From: an uncultured Bacilli bacterium
Lineage (GTDB): Bacteria; Bacillota_I; Bacilli_A; RF39; UBA660
Direction of reading: 5' to 3'
Assembly: GCA_947623685.1 (NCBI GenBank)
Contig: CANQHF010000001.1
Location: forward strand, 19,619 to 83,618
Length of the DNA: 64,000 bases
Shown: positions 1 through 9,698 of the stretch, one piece after another
Numbering within the stretch: position 1 is the first letter of the stretch
Layout: each line of letters begins with the position of its first letter
The notes under the pieces: model-generated
The model's input: the letters and a program-made list of their open reading frames with translations, nothing else
What the model was told of the DNA's origin: nothing
Databases searched by the model: none
Translations under genes and position numbers: made by a program

Positions 1-67
1 TATTTCCCTTTGATTTTCCTTCGTGATATATTCTGTGAGGCTTACGATATTTAGTCCTTTTTGGCAT
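1..67 (-). CDS. rplP: 50S ribosomal protein L16, N-terminal part (continues past window start)
   Basis: Reverse complement of 1-67 reads [22 protein letters not shown], an L16-like N-terminus, and stays open to the window edge. It overlaps the rpsC stop by 17 nt, and gene order matches the S10 operon. Confidence 0.55.
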   Translation of the reverse strand, partial: MPKRTKYRKPHRIYHEGKSKGN

Positions 68-728
68 TAACATCTGAAGCACCCCCATTCTTTTTCTTTG
101 AAGGAAGTATCTCACCTTTATATATCCATACTTTAACACCAATCTTACCATAAGTAGTATCAGCTTCAGCGGTTGCGTAATCAATGTCTGCTCTTAAAGT
201 ATGTAAAGGTGTTGTGCCTTCGTTATATCCTTCGCTACGTGCTATTTCAGCTCCGTTTAAACGTCCGGAACATAAAGTCTTAATTCCTTTAGCTCCAGCT
301 CTCATCGTGTTTCTAATTGCTCTTTTTTGAGCCATACGATATGAACCCCTATTTTCAATTTGGCTAGCAATTGTTTTTGCTACTAATTTAGCATCCAAAT
401 CTGGGTTTTTAACTTCTAATATTGAAATTTGTACATCTTCACCAACTAATTTGTTTATTTGATTCTTTAATTTTTCGATTTCTTCTCCACCATGTCCAAT
501 TACAACACCTGGTTTTGCAGTACTGATTTTAACTTCAGTTTTTTTGTTACTTCTTTCTATTGTTACAGAAGAAACTGCTGCATTCTTTAGTTTTTTATCT
601 AAAAAACCACGAATTTTCATATCATTTTCCAATGACTTAGAGAAATCTTTACTTGGTGCATACCATTTAGCAGTCCAATCCTTGTTAATACCAAGTCTTA
701 AGCCTGCAGGATTAACTTTTTGACCCAT
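51..728 (-). CDS. rpsC: 30S ribosomal protein S3
   Basis: 225 aa with KH domain and S3 C-terminal motifs ([16 protein letters not shown]), in S10 operon context. Confidence 0.95.
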   Translation of the reverse strand: MGQKVNPAGLRLGINKDWTAKWYAPSKDFSKSLENDMKIRGFLDKKLKNAAVSSVTIERSNKKTEVKISTAKPGVVIGHGGEEIEKLKNQINKLVGEDVQISILEVKNPDLDAKLVAKTIASQIENRGSYRMAQKRAIRNTMRAGAKGIKTLCSGRLNGAEIARSEGYNEGTTPLHTLRADIDYATAEADTTYGKIGVKVWIYKGEILPSKKKNGGASDVNAKKD

Positions 729-745
729 TAGTTTCCCTCCTTATA

Positions 746-1078
746 TTATCTTTCTGCTACAACCACAGTAACATGACTTGTACGGTGATCATTTTTTGCA
801 ATTCTTCCTCTTGAATCAGGTACTGATCTTTTAAGCACAGGACCATCATTAACATAAGCTTCTTTAACGTACAACTTATCTTTGTCAAGATTATGATTAT
901 TTTCAGCATTTGCTACTGCTGATGTTAAAACTTTTTTAATAACGCGAGCGGCCTTCGTGTTCATATTATTTAATATGTTCATGGCTTCGTTTGCGTTTTT
1001 TCCGTTTATTAACCTCATAACTAAACGAGATTTTAAAGCGGAAATACGAACTGTCTTCGCAATTGCTTTCGCTTCCAT
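746..1078 (-). CDS. rplV: 50S ribosomal protein L22
   Basis: 110 aa matching L22 in length and sequence, at the expected position between rpsS and rpsC. Confidence 0.9.
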   Translation of the reverse strand: MEAKAIAKTVRISALKSRLVMRLINGKNANEAMNILNNMNTKAARVIKKVLTSAVANAENNHNLDKDKLYVKEAYVNDGPVLKRSVPDSRGRIAKNDHRTSHVTVVVAER

Positions 1079-1100
1079 ATTATTATCTCCCTTCTAGTTA

Positions 1101-1373
1101 TTACTTTTTATCTTTATTCTCGCCGTGTCCACCACACTTACGGGTTTGTGAAAACTCACCTAGTTTGTGTCCAACCATATCCTCGGTTACATAAACTGGT
1201 ATGAAATCCTTACCGTTATGAACCGCGAAAGTGTGACCGATAAAATCTGGAAATATTGTTGAACGGCGTGACCAAGTTTTAATTACTTCTTTTTTACCTT
1301 CTTCATTTAACTTTTGAACCTTTTTAAGTAACCTTGGAAATACATAAGGTCCTTTTTTTATACTTCTTGCCAT
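1101..1373 (-). CDS. rpsS: 30S ribosomal protein S19
   Basis: 90 aa; the [10 protein letters not shown] and [16 protein letters not shown] motifs are characteristic of S19. Confidence 0.95.
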   Translation of the reverse strand: MARSIKKGPYVFPRLLKKVQKLNEEGKKEVIKTWSRRSTIFPDFIGHTFAVHNGKDFIPVYVTEDMVGHKLGEFSQTRKCGGHGENKDKK

Positions 1374-1392
1374 TTACGTTTCTTCCTTTCCA

Positions 1393-2220
1393 TTATTTTT
1401 TACGGCTTACGATCAACTTAGTAGAAGCTTTTTTATTATTACGAGTCTTCATACCAAGAGCTGGTTTACCCCAAGGGGTCATAGGCTGTTTACGTCCTAC
1501 TGGAGCTCTTCCTTCACCACCACCATGTGGGTGATCATTAGGATTCATAACAGAACCACGTACAGTTGGGCGAATTCCCATGTGACGATTACGTCCTGCT
1601 TTACCTAAGTTTACTAATGAATAATCTTCATTACCAACTTCGCCTATTGTAGCCATACAAGTTCCAAGTATCTTTCTTGTTTCACCACTTTTTAATCTTA
1701 TTAATACATATTTATCTTCACGACCTAATATTTGTGCACTAGAACCAGCACTACGAGCTAGTTGTGCTCCTTTTTTTGGCCTTAATTCAATGTTATGAAT
1801 TACCGTACCTACCGGTATGTTCATAATAGGCATTGCATTACCTACTTTTACATCTACGTTTTGCCCACTAACAATTACGTCACCAACTTTTAAATTCTTT
1901 GGAGCGATAATATATCTTTTTTCACCATCTTTATAAAAGATTAACGCGATGTTAGCACTTCTGTTTGGATCGTATTCAATAGCAGCAACTTTACCAGTAA
2001 TATCATTTTTATCCCTTTTAAAATCAATTACACGATATTTTCTTTTTTCACCGCCACCACGATGTCTTACCGTAATACGTCCACCGTTATTACGACCTTT
2101 TTTCTTTTTTGTTTCACCAACTAAGCTTTTTTCAGGAGTCGATTTAGTTATTTCATCATTAACCAAAACACTCATTTGCCTTCTAGAAGGTGTAGTTGGT
2201 TTTAATTTTTTAACTGGCAT
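1393..2220 (-). CDS. rplB: 50S ribosomal protein L2
   Basis: 275 aa with C-terminal GGGEGR and [13 protein letters not shown], the L2 signature. Confidence 0.95.
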   Translation of the reverse strand: MPVKKLKPTTPSRRQMSVLVNDEITKSTPEKSLVGETKKKKGRNNGGRITVRHRGGGEKRKYRVIDFKRDKNDITGKVAAIEYDPNRSANIALIFYKDGEKRYIIAPKNLKVGDVIVSGQNVDVKVGNAMPIMNIPVGTVIHNIELRPKKGAQLARSAGSSAQILGREDKYVLIRLKSGETRKILGTCMATIGEVGNEDYSLVNLGKAGRNRHMGIRPTVRGSVMNPNDHPHGGGEGRAPVGRKQPMTPWGKPALGMKTRNNKKASTKLIVSRKK

Positions 2221-2238
2221 TTTTAAAATCCTCCTTTA

Positions 2239-2511
2239 TTAGCTTAAATCTAGCGTGCTACCTTCTTGTAAAGTTACAATTGCCTTTTTGTAAGCTTTAG
2301 TTGTTCCAGTATAACGCCCTACTCTTTTTTTCTTTGGTCTTACGTTTATTGTGTTAACACTTTTTACTTTAACACCAAACGCTTTTTCAACCGCTTGTCT
2401 TATTTGAACTTTGTTTGCATCTTTTGCAACTTCAAATACAACCTTTTTACCATCAGCTTGTATGTTAGCTGATTTTTCAGTAATAATTGGTGCCTTAATT
2501 ACGTCTTTCAT
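2239..2511 (-). CDS. rplW: 50S ribosomal protein L23
   Basis: 90 aa, L23-like (ITEKS...FEV), at the expected operon position. Confidence 0.9.
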   Translation of the reverse strand: MKDVIKAPIITEKSANIQADGKKVVFEVAKDANKVQIRQAVEKAFGVKVKSVNTINVRPKKKRVGRYTGTTKAYKKAIVTLQEGSTLDLS

Positions 2512-3137
2512 TACTTAAGCACCTCCTCAACGTATTTTACCGCATCTTCGGTAATTATCATTTTTTCACAATACAAAACGTCGTATGTATTTAATTCATT
2601 AGCTAAAACTAATTTAACGTTTGCGATGTTTCTGGTTGCTAAGATTAAGTTTTCGGTTAATTCGGTAGTAACTATTAAAGTCTTACCAGTTGCTTTTAAC
2701 GCTTCTAAAGTCTTAATCATATCCTTTGTTTTATTAGTTGCTTGATCAAATTTTTCTATAACGATAACACCTTTTTCATTTGCTTTATAAGTTAAAGCAG
2801 ACTTAAGTGCTAATCTTCTTTCCTTTTTATTCATCTTTTTAGTGTAATTTCTATTTGGATTTGGTCCAAATACAATTCCACCACCAACAAAGTGAGGAGC
2901 TCTAATAGACCCTTGACGAGCATTACCAGTTCCTTTTTGTCTCCATGGCTTTCTTCCACCACCAGATACTTCACTACGCGTTTTTGTTGAGTGAGTACCT
3001 TGTCTTTTGTTTGCCATAAATAAATTTATGTGTTCATAAACAACTTGATCATTTGGAGTGATACCCCAAATGCTATCATCTAATTTAACGTCTTTAATTT
3101 TTTCACCTTTTAAACTTAAAAGTGCTGTCTTTGGCAT
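2511..3137 (-). CDS. rplD: 50S ribosomal protein L4
   Basis: 208 aa with the L4 motif [19 protein letters not shown]. Confidence 0.95.
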   Translation of the reverse strand: MPKTALLSLKGEKIKDVKLDDSIWGITPNDQVVYEHINLFMANKRQGTHSTKTRSEVSGGGRKPWRQKGTGNARQGSIRAPHFVGGGIVFGPNPNRNYTKKMNKKERRLALKSALTYKANEKGVIVIEKFDQATNKTKDMIKTLEALKATGKTLIVTTELTENLILATRNIANVKLVLANELNTYDVLYCEKMIITEDAVKYVEEVLK

Positions 3138-3191
3138 TTTTAAAATCCTCCTTTCATCACAAGTATTATTAATGTTTTCTTATCTTAATTA

Positions 3192-3974
3192 TTATTCAGC
3201 GTTTTCTTGTGATGTGTTTGTATCATCAGCTAAAGTCTCATCAGATGAAACCGTTTTTTCTTCAGTTTCGTTTGAAACTTTTTCTATTTCTTGCGGCTTT
3301 TCAGTAGCGTATGAAACTAATTCTACTTTATCGTTTTTAACGTCTTGTTTTTTAACCGCTGATCTGATGATAACTAAAGACTTTTTAGGACCTGGAACAT
3401 TACCCTTAATTAAGATTACGTTTTCGTCCTTTAAAACCGCAATAACTTCTAAATTTTGCATTGTTACGCTAACGTGTCCCATATGTCCTGGTAATTTCTT
3501 ACCTTTAAATACACGCATTGGTCTCATCGTACCTAATGAACCAACACCTCTGTGATATTGAGATCCATGTCCCATAGGACCCCTTGATTGGTTATAACGT
3601 TTAATTACACCTTGGAAGCCCTTTCCTTTAGAGATTCCACTTACATCAACCATTTCACCTTCTGAAAAAACCTCAACGGTTAATTCTTGACCTAGTTGAT
3701 ATTTGCTAACATCTACTCCGCGAATCTCCTTTAAGAAGCGCTTAGGAGCAGTATTAGCTTTTTGTACATGACCTTTTAATGCCTTGTTACTTAGTTTTTC
3801 TCTTTTTGTTTCGAATCCTAATTGAATTGCTTCATAACCATCAGTTTCAACGGTTTTTATTTGAGTAACAACGTTAGGTTCTACTTCAACTACGGTAACA
3901 GGAATTAGTTTTCCATCTTTTGAAAAAACTTGAGTCATGCCTAGTTTGCGACCTAAGATTCCTTTTCTTTCCAT
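3192..3974 (-). CDS. rplC: 50S ribosomal protein L3 with acidic C-terminal extension
   Basis: L3 core ([22 protein letters not shown]). Total length 260 aa against the usual ~210, because of a ~50 aa acidic Ser/Thr/Glu-rich tail. Confidence 0.9.
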   Translation of the reverse strand: MERKGILGRKLGMTQVFSKDGKLIPVTVVEVEPNVVTQIKTVETDGYEAIQLGFETKREKLSNKALKGHVQKANTAPKRFLKEIRGVDVSKYQLGQELTVEVFSEGEMVDVSGISKGKGFQGVIKRYNQSRGPMGHGSQYHRGVGSLGTMRPMRVFKGKKLPGHMGHVSVTMQNLEVIAVLKDENVILIKGNVPGPKKSLVIIRSAVKKQDVKNDKVELVSYATEKPQEIEKVSNETEEKTVSSDETLADDTNTSQENAE

Positions 3975-3991
3975 TTTTTCCTCCTGTTTAA

Positions 3992-4294
3992 TTACTTGAT
4001 TTCGATTTCAACGCCACTTGGTAAATCAAGGTGTTGTAATGCATCAATTACTTCCTTGCTTGGCTCTACGATATCGATTAGTCTTTTATGCGTACGCATT
4101 TCAAATTGTTCACGTGAATCTTTATCCTTATGTACCGCACGTAAAATTGTGTACTTTTGAATTTCAGTTGGAAGTGGTACCGGACCAGATACCTTTCCAC
4201 CTAAACGTTTAACAGTTTCAACAATTTTGCTAGCAGCCAAATCCAAAGAACGATGTTCATATGCTTTTAATCTAATTCGAATCTTGTTTGACAT
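3992..4294 (-). CDS. rpsJ: 30S ribosomal protein S10
   Basis: 100 aa beginning [18 protein letters not shown], the S10 signature; first gene of the operon, with a GGGAGG RBS. Confidence 0.95.
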   Translation of the reverse strand: MSNKIRIRLKAYEHRSLDLAASKIVETVKRLGGKVSGPVPLPTEIQKYTILRAVHKDKDSREQFEMRTHKRLIDIVEPSKEVIDALQHLDLPSGVEIEIK

Positions 4295-4421
4295 ACTTAA
4301 TTGTCCTCCCTTCGTCTATATCTGGTATAGACTTGCTCCGTAACGAATTACCTGATTACCATTAAGTTATAATAGCAACTTAACCGGGTGTATCAGCAAC
4401 CTCGCACATCTATGCAACTAC

Positions 4422-4452
4422 ACGCAGTAACCATTATATCAGAAGAATTCCT
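4422..4452 (-). promoter_or_regulatory. Sigma-A type promoter of the S10 operon
   Basis: Minus strand reads TTGAAA-17 nt-TATAAT (CTTGAAATAAAGGAATTCTTCTGATATAATGG), ~140 nt upstream of rpsJ. A GC-enriched structured leader follows. Confidence 0.6.
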
Positions 4453-4535
4453 TTATTTCAAGGGTTTTTTTAAAGTTTTTTTAACTTTTTTCTTCTTATA
4501 AATTTTATTAAACTTTATTTAATATATGATTAAAA

Positions 4536-4566
4536 AAACACCACTTTAAAATGGTGTTAATTTTCT
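4536..4566 (-). terminator. Rho-independent terminator after the BI-1-like gene
   Basis: Minus strand hairpin ACACCAtTTTAAAGTGGTGT followed by TTTTTTT. Confidence 0.55.
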
Positions 4567-5231
4567 TTTTGATTACCAAATAAATTAAGTAATCTTAAGA
4601 AAATATTAATAAAATCTAAATACAAATCTAATGCTGCATATATCGAAGCTTTCATAAGCTCTTTTTCGTTATCGCTATAATAATCATAAGTTCTTTTTAT
4701 CATTTGCATATCCCAAGCAGTAAGGCCTAAAAACACAACTACTGAAATAATTGAAATAAAAACATCAAACTTCGCATTTAAAACGAACATATTTATTATA
4801 GACATAACTATTACCGCAATAAGTCCAAAAAACAAAAGCCTTCCAATTCGTGACAAATCCGTTTTAGTTGCGTAACCATATAAGGCTAGCAATCCAAACA
4901 TTAAAGCTGATGATAAGAACACCACCCCAACACTTTTTATGTCATAGACTATAAAAATAGAAGAAAGGGTAAGTCCGCTTGTTATGGAATATATCAAAAA
5001 CATTATTATTGCACCAAGATAAGAAGTCTTTTTTCTTAAAAAGGAAAAAATAAAGACAACCAATAGTTCAGCTAACAATATCCATATGAAATTACCATAA
5101 ACAAACTTTAACATAAAAGCGTTTTTAGCGGTGTAATATGAAGTTATTGCGGATATAATTAATCCCACAAACATCCATAAATATACCTTACTAATAAACT
5201 TTGATAATTTATTATCTTTTTGAATAACCAT
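4557..5231 (-). CDS. Bax inhibitor-1/YccA family membrane protein
   Basis: 224 aa with 7 predicted TM segments and a charged C-terminus, typical of the BI-1 family in size and topology. Confidence 0.5.
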   Translation of the reverse strand: MVIQKDNKLSKFISKVYLWMFVGLIISAITSYYTAKNAFMLKFVYGNFIWILLAELLVVFIFSFLRKKTSYLGAIIMFLIYSITSGLTLSSIFIVYDIKSVGVVFLSSALMFGLLALYGYATKTDLSRIGRLLFFGLIAVIVMSIINMFVLNAKFDVFISIISVVVFLGLTAWDMQMIKRTYDYYSDNEKELMKASIYAALDLYLDFINIFLRLLNLFGNQKEN

Positions 5232-5299
5232 ATCGTACCTCCATAAACATTATATCATTTATATTAAATTAATAGTAGTCTAATTTAAAAAAACAAAGA

Positions 5300-6106
5300 T
5301 TAATTAGTTCTTTGTTTGGCATTATTAAATTCCAATCTTAACTTATCAGATACAGTTACGATAAATTCACTATTAGTTGGTTTAGCCCTATCATAATCAA
5401 CGCTGTGTCCAAAGATTTCTTCCATTAAATCTATGTCACCCCTATTCCAACTAACCTCAATGGCATGTCTGATCGCTCTTTCTACCCTAGATACAGTAGT
5501 GTCAAACCTGTTTGCTATTTCTGGATATAATTCTTTGGTTATTGCACCTACTATATCAGGTTTTTCATACATTAAAATTACCCCTTCTCTTATGTACTGA
5601 TATCCTTTGATATGAGATGGAACACCTAAACCATGCAAAAGCTTCGTTACTGATATTTCTAAATTATTATGATATAAATTCATTTTAGTTTTACCATCTA
5701 ACTTAAAACTTACTGCATCCATTATCTTATCTTCTAAATCTATCATATCAAATGGTTTTAGTAAAAAATGCTTTGGATTATACTTTGAAACCCTTGCAAT
5801 TGTTTCATCAGCATTAAATGATGTTCCAACGATAACTGGTTTTTCAATTGATCTTTTCTTAAGTTCTTCTAGCACGTATATGCCATCTTTTTTGGGCATA
5901 ATAAGGTCTAATAGCAAAACATCAAAATTATCTAAGTTATTTTCTATAACCCCAATTGCATCTTCCCCGTTATATGCTTCTTTAACAATTTGGATTTTAC
6001 TATGATCCTCAAAATATTCCTTAAGCATTCCAACTAAACTTTCATTATCATCTACTACTAATACTCTTATCTTTTTGTTTTCTATACTTTCTTTTTTATC
6101 TTTCAT
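5300..6106 (-). CDS. spo0A: Stage 0 sporulation response regulator Spo0A
   Basis: N-terminal receiver (VLVVDDNESL, D-box LLLDLIMP, K-box) plus the Spo0A-specific C-terminal DNA-binding domain (GYQYIREGVILMYEKPDIVGAITKELYPEIANRFDTTVSRVERAIRHAIEVSW). Confidence 0.85.
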   Translation of the reverse strand: MKDKKESIENKKIRVLVVDDNESLVGMLKEYFEDHSKIQIVKEAYNGEDAIGVIENNLDNFDVLLLDLIMPKKDGIYVLEELKKRSIEKPVIVGTSFNADETIARVSKYNPKHFLLKPFDMIDLEDKIMDAVSFKLDGKTKMNLYHNNLEISVTKLLHGLGVPSHIKGYQYIREGVILMYEKPDIVGAITKELYPEIANRFDTTVSRVERAIRHAIEVSWNRGDIDLMEEIFGHSVDYDRAKPTNSEFIVTVSDKLRLEFNNAKQRTN

Positions 6107-6208
6107 ACGCTTTCCTCCTTACAAACTAAATCAATTATATTCCTATAAATTCAATTAAATTATCACATATTGTCGAATAAAAAAAGAATGTAGTTACTAC
6201 ATCCTTAA

Positions 6209-6718
6209 TTAAGCCGCCGTACTTGTAATATCAAACTCATGATTGTTATAATGACCATTACTTAATACTTTTGAATTACCTATACCAGAGCCACTTTCAA
6301 TATTCTTTTTCATCTCTTCTAACGATAATATTTTATTATCTATTTCTGATTGGGCATTTGATAATAAAACCGTATCATCTTCATTTGATTTAGTATTAAC
6401 TTTCTCATTTATATTTAAATATTCATCAAAGACTTTATCAATTTCTTTTGATACTAAATCATCTACCCTTTGTTTAGCAGCATTAACTATTTTATTAAGT
6501 TCGCTTCTTTTAATAGTAGGAGATATAATTTTTTTAACATTTAAACTCAGCTTTATATCAAAAAGAGTATCTATCGTGCTTTTGATTACATTTATTCTTT
6601 CCTGATGAGAATTAACGCCATCTTTAGCACTAGGCCATTTTTCAAGTTTTACTGAATCCATAGACATAAAACATCCCCTTTCTATTATTTCATTTTTAGC
6701 ATAACATAATATTAACAT
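6209..6718 (-). CDS. hypothetical protein
   Basis: 169-aa ORF, hydrophilic and coiled-coil-like, no recognisable family; the true start may be the internal MSMDSVK. Confidence 0.35.
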   Translation of the reverse strand: MLILCYAKNEIIERGCFMSMDSVKLEKWPSAKDGVNSHQERINVIKSTIDTLFDIKLSLNVKKIISPTIKRSELNKIVNAAKQRVDDLVSKEIDKVFDEYLNINEKVNTKSNEDDTVLLSNAQSEIDNKILSLEEMKKNIESGSGIGNSKVLSNGHYNNHEFDITSTAA

Positions 6719-6759
6719 AAAAGAAAAGGATAAAATGTCTAATTTTATCCTTGTTTACA

Positions 6760-7458
6760 CTATTTTATACACTTTGATATGTAATCTAATTGCTTGCTAT
6801 CAACCGAAGAGTTCCCAATTAAGTAACCATCCACAACATCAGTTAAGATGTTTTCTATGTTACTTTTATTTACGCTTCCACCATATAAAAGTTTATAATT
6901 TGTTATGTTTTTTTGATCCAAAAGCTTTCTTATGTACTTAATAGAATCTTCTATTTCTTGTTTTGTTAAATTATTACCATTTCCAATTGCCCAAGATGGT
7001 TCATATGCTATTATAATTTCATCATTTAATACACCATCTATTGCACTATATAACTGCTTTTTAATAACTTCACTTTCTCTTCTTAAGTCTTTGTCCATTT
7101 TTGTTTCACCGATGCATATAATTGGTGTCATCATATTATTAATAAGTGCTTTTACCTTAAGATTAATTGCTTCGTTAGTATCTATATTTCTTCTTTCAGA
7201 ATGCCCAACAATGCAGTATCTAACGTTTAAAAGCATAAGATCATAAGCTGATATCTCTCCAGTATATGCACCCTTGTTTTCATAAAAACAGTTTTGCGCA
7301 CCTAACTTATAATCTTTAAAAACATCAAAGTTTAAATAACTAGGGCAAACGATTAAATCAACGTTTGAAAAATCAATTTCATCCATCTTTTTTTTAAGTT
7401 CTAACGCTTCATCATGGGTTAAAAACATTTTTTGATTACATACTAATATCTTTTTCAT
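6760..7458 (-). CDS. tpiA: triose-phosphate isomerase
   Basis: 232 aa with TIM motifs IVGHSERR and AYEPSWAIG(N)G. Confidence 0.85.
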   Translation of the reverse strand: MKKILVCNQKMFLTHDEALELKKKMDEIDFSNVDLIVCPSYLNFDVFKDYKLGAQNCFYENKGAYTGEISAYDLMLLNVRYCIVGHSERRNIDTNEAINLKVKALINNMMTPIICIGETKMDKDLRRESEVIKKQLYSAIDGVLNDEIIIAYEPSWAIGNGNNLTKQEIEDSIKYIRKLLDQKNITNYKLLYGGSVNKSNIENILTDVVDGYLIGNSSVDSKQLDYISKCIK

Positions 7459-8687
7459 TTTTTATCTCCACTTTTTATAAACACTTGCTTAACGTTATGA
7501 ATGGTTTTTTTAAAGACGTTTGGATCTTTATTAATTACTTTTTTATATATTTTAAGAACGCTTTTTGCATAAGCTTCTGGCGTGTATTTTAAAGCCGTTT
7601 TTTTAGCTTCATTACATATATTATTGTAAAACTTTTTATCAGAGTAAAGTTTATATATGCAATTTATAAAATCTTTTTCTTCTTCGAATAACAAACCATC
7701 TTTTTTATCGGTAATTACGTTTTCAAAACTTTCATCTTTTATTGCAACAACCGCTTTAGATGCAGCCATCGCCTCAATTACTGTTAACCCTTGGGTTTCA
7801 GTTTTAGATGCGGTTACAAAAACATCACATAAAGAATAATATTTTGGAACTTCTTGCCATGGTGCTTTACCAGCGAATAAAACCACGTTATTAAGTTTTT
7901 TTTGACTCGTTAATTTCATCAAATCTTCCAAAGCCGGACCATCACCTACGATAAGCATTTTTGCATTCGGAATTTTTTTAAGCACCTTATCAAAGTTATT
8001 AATTATAAAATCAATGCTTTTTTCCTTGGCAATTCTTCCTACGTAAAGAATTATAAAATCCCTATTTTTTAAAGATAGTTCTTTTTTTAAATCAAGAATA
8101 TCTTTTTTATCAATGTTTTCTGAATAAAATCTTTTAACATCTATTCCAGACGGAATTACGAAAACATCTCTTTTTACCTTGTATTTTTCTTTAAACAAAT
8201 CCTTGGCTTTTTCGGTAGGAACGATTAGTTCATCAATCGTTTTATCACATAAAAACAAAGTTAAATGCTCAACTAATTTTTTTGAAGCAGCATCAAAATA
8301 ACCTTTGGTTATGTAATATATATAATCTTCATACATCGTATGATATGTATGAACAAGTGGAATGTTAAATTGCTTTGATATTAACCTAGCAAAAGAACCA
8401 ATCCCAAACTCCGTATGCGTATGAATTATATCCAAATTCCATTTTTTTATTGTTTTTAACGCTCTTAAAGGATAAATACTAGTTAATCTATAATCCATTA
8501 TTCCAACTGGAATACCAGGTATTCTAAGAATGTTTTCTTCTTTTTTATAAGAAAAAGCCTCATCATTAACCGTTACAACATAAACTTCGTGTCCTAACTT
8601 TTCTAAACCTTGTTTTAGCATTAAAACACTAGTTGAAACCCCATTAATAAAAGGTGGGTACGTATCAGTAAACAATCCTATTCTCAT
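7455..8687 (-). CDS. GT4-family glycosyltransferase (glycolipid synthase-like)
   Basis: 410 aa, GT-B fold with a GT4 EX7E-like C-terminal domain (ETQGLTVIEAMA). Overlaps tpiA by 4 nt. Confidence 0.7.
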   Translation of the reverse strand: MRIGLFTDTYPPFINGVSTSVLMLKQGLEKLGHEVYVVTVNDEAFSYKKEENILRIPGIPVGIMDYRLTSIYPLRALKTIKKWNLDIIHTHTEFGIGSFARLISKQFNIPLVHTYHTMYEDYIYYITKGYFDAASKKLVEHLTLFLCDKTIDELIVPTEKAKDLFKEKYKVKRDVFVIPSGIDVKRFYSENIDKKDILDLKKELSLKNRDFIILYVGRIAKEKSIDFIINNFDKVLKKIPNAKMLIVGDGPALEDLMKLTSQKKLNNVVLFAGKAPWQEVPKYYSLCDVFVTASKTETQGLTVIEAMAASKAVVAIKDESFENVITDKKDGLLFEEEKDFINCIYKLYSDKKFYNNICNEAKKTALKYTPEAYAKSVLKIYKKVINKDPNVFKKTIHNVKQVFIKSGDKK

Positions 8688-9690
8688 CTTTTTTCGCTTC
8701 CTTTCTTAAACTTAAGGTAACAAAACCAATCATCATCGCCAAGAAGTAAGTAACAAATCTCCATAATAGCATTGCGCCAACCACAACTGATGAAGTTGCG
8801 TATCCTTTGAAAAATTGTAAAAATCCGTATTCAATGCCACCAGTTGCCCCAGGAATTGGAATTAAATTTGCAATTAGCATAACAAAAGCCGTGGATACGA
8901 AGGATTCCAAAGCGGAAACTTCATTACATCTTATGGCACTAAAGATAACAAACGGAATTAAATAAAGAAAGGTAAGATTTAAAACGTTAAAAATAATCGC
9001 CTTTAATATTGTTTTTTTATTGTTTTTTAAATCAATTCCAATCTTATAAAAATTCTCCAAGCTTTTATTAACAGCTTCTTCGGAAGTCCCTATTTTTTTT
9101 ACGATGTTAAATTTAAATACGAAGTGAACTATCTTAGTTGCTATTTTTATTCCTTGCTTTTTGGCAAGACATATAACAAGAAGCATAATTAAAACCACAA
9201 AGTTCACGATAAAACCTAAAAAAATAAGCCAGTATAAATAATGGTTTTTAACTGATATTTTAAGTATAGAATTTAAGGTGATTGCTATAAGCCCAACTAA
9301 AATCAAGGCCGTTTGGTAAGCTAAATGATCCTTTATCATCGCACTTGTTGCATCTGATATTCTTATTCCATCTTTTTTTAATAAATATATTTGAAATGGC
9401 TGACCGCCGGTTTGAAATGGTGTTATACCATTCATAAACTGACCTATTAAAGTCATCTGATAAGCTTTTTTTAAAGAGTAATTTTTTTTATGTTTTTTAA
9501 TGAAAGTTTTTAAAGATGCAGCCTTAAATAATAACGAAAGTAAAAATACTAAAATTGCCGTAAAAAATATAATTGGTTTAACGTTTTTTAATTCTTTTAT
9601 GATGCCCACAAAATCATCTTTTAATGAAAAATACAAAACCAGCACCATAGCTATAAAAAGAATCAAAAGATTTATCTTTTTGTTTTTCAT
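8665..9690 (-). CDS. Flippase-like / LPG-synthase-TM family membrane protein
   Basis: 341 aa polytopic membrane protein of the UPF0104 (lysylphosphatidylglycerol synthase TM region) type, commonly paired with glycolipid glycosyltransferases. Confidence 0.5.
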   Translation of the reverse strand: MKNKKINLLILFIAMVLVLYFSLKDDFVGIIKELKNVKPIIFFTAILVFLLSLLFKAASLKTFIKKHKKNYSLKKAYQMTLIGQFMNGITPFQTGGQPFQIYLLKKDGIRISDATSAMIKDHLAYQTALILVGLIAITLNSILKISVKNHYLYWLIFLGFIVNFVVLIMLLVICLAKKQGIKIATKIVHFVFKFNIVKKIGTSEEAVNKSLENFYKIGIDLKNNKKTILKAIIFNVLNLTFLYLIPFVIFSAIRCNEVSALESFVSTAFVMLIANLIPIPGATGGIEYGFLQFFKGYATSSVVVGAMLLWRFVTYFLAMMIGFVTLSLRKEAKKDENRIVY

Positions 9691-9698
9691 ACTAACAC

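Noticed and set aside
1334-3555. Plus-strand ORFs (1334-1534, 1949-2242, 3058-3555) antisense to ribosomal protein genes
   Set aside because: They lie entirely inside well-supported minus-strand r-protein genes, have low-complexity Leu/Phe/Ser-rich translations typical of antisense frames in AT-rich DNA, and have no RBS.
4321-4440. GC-richer patch considered as a tRNA or other structured RNA gene
   Set aside because: No T-loop (GTTCRA) or acceptor-stem complementarity. Position and orientation fit a 5' leader of the S10 operon transcribed from the TTGAAA/TATAAT promoter.
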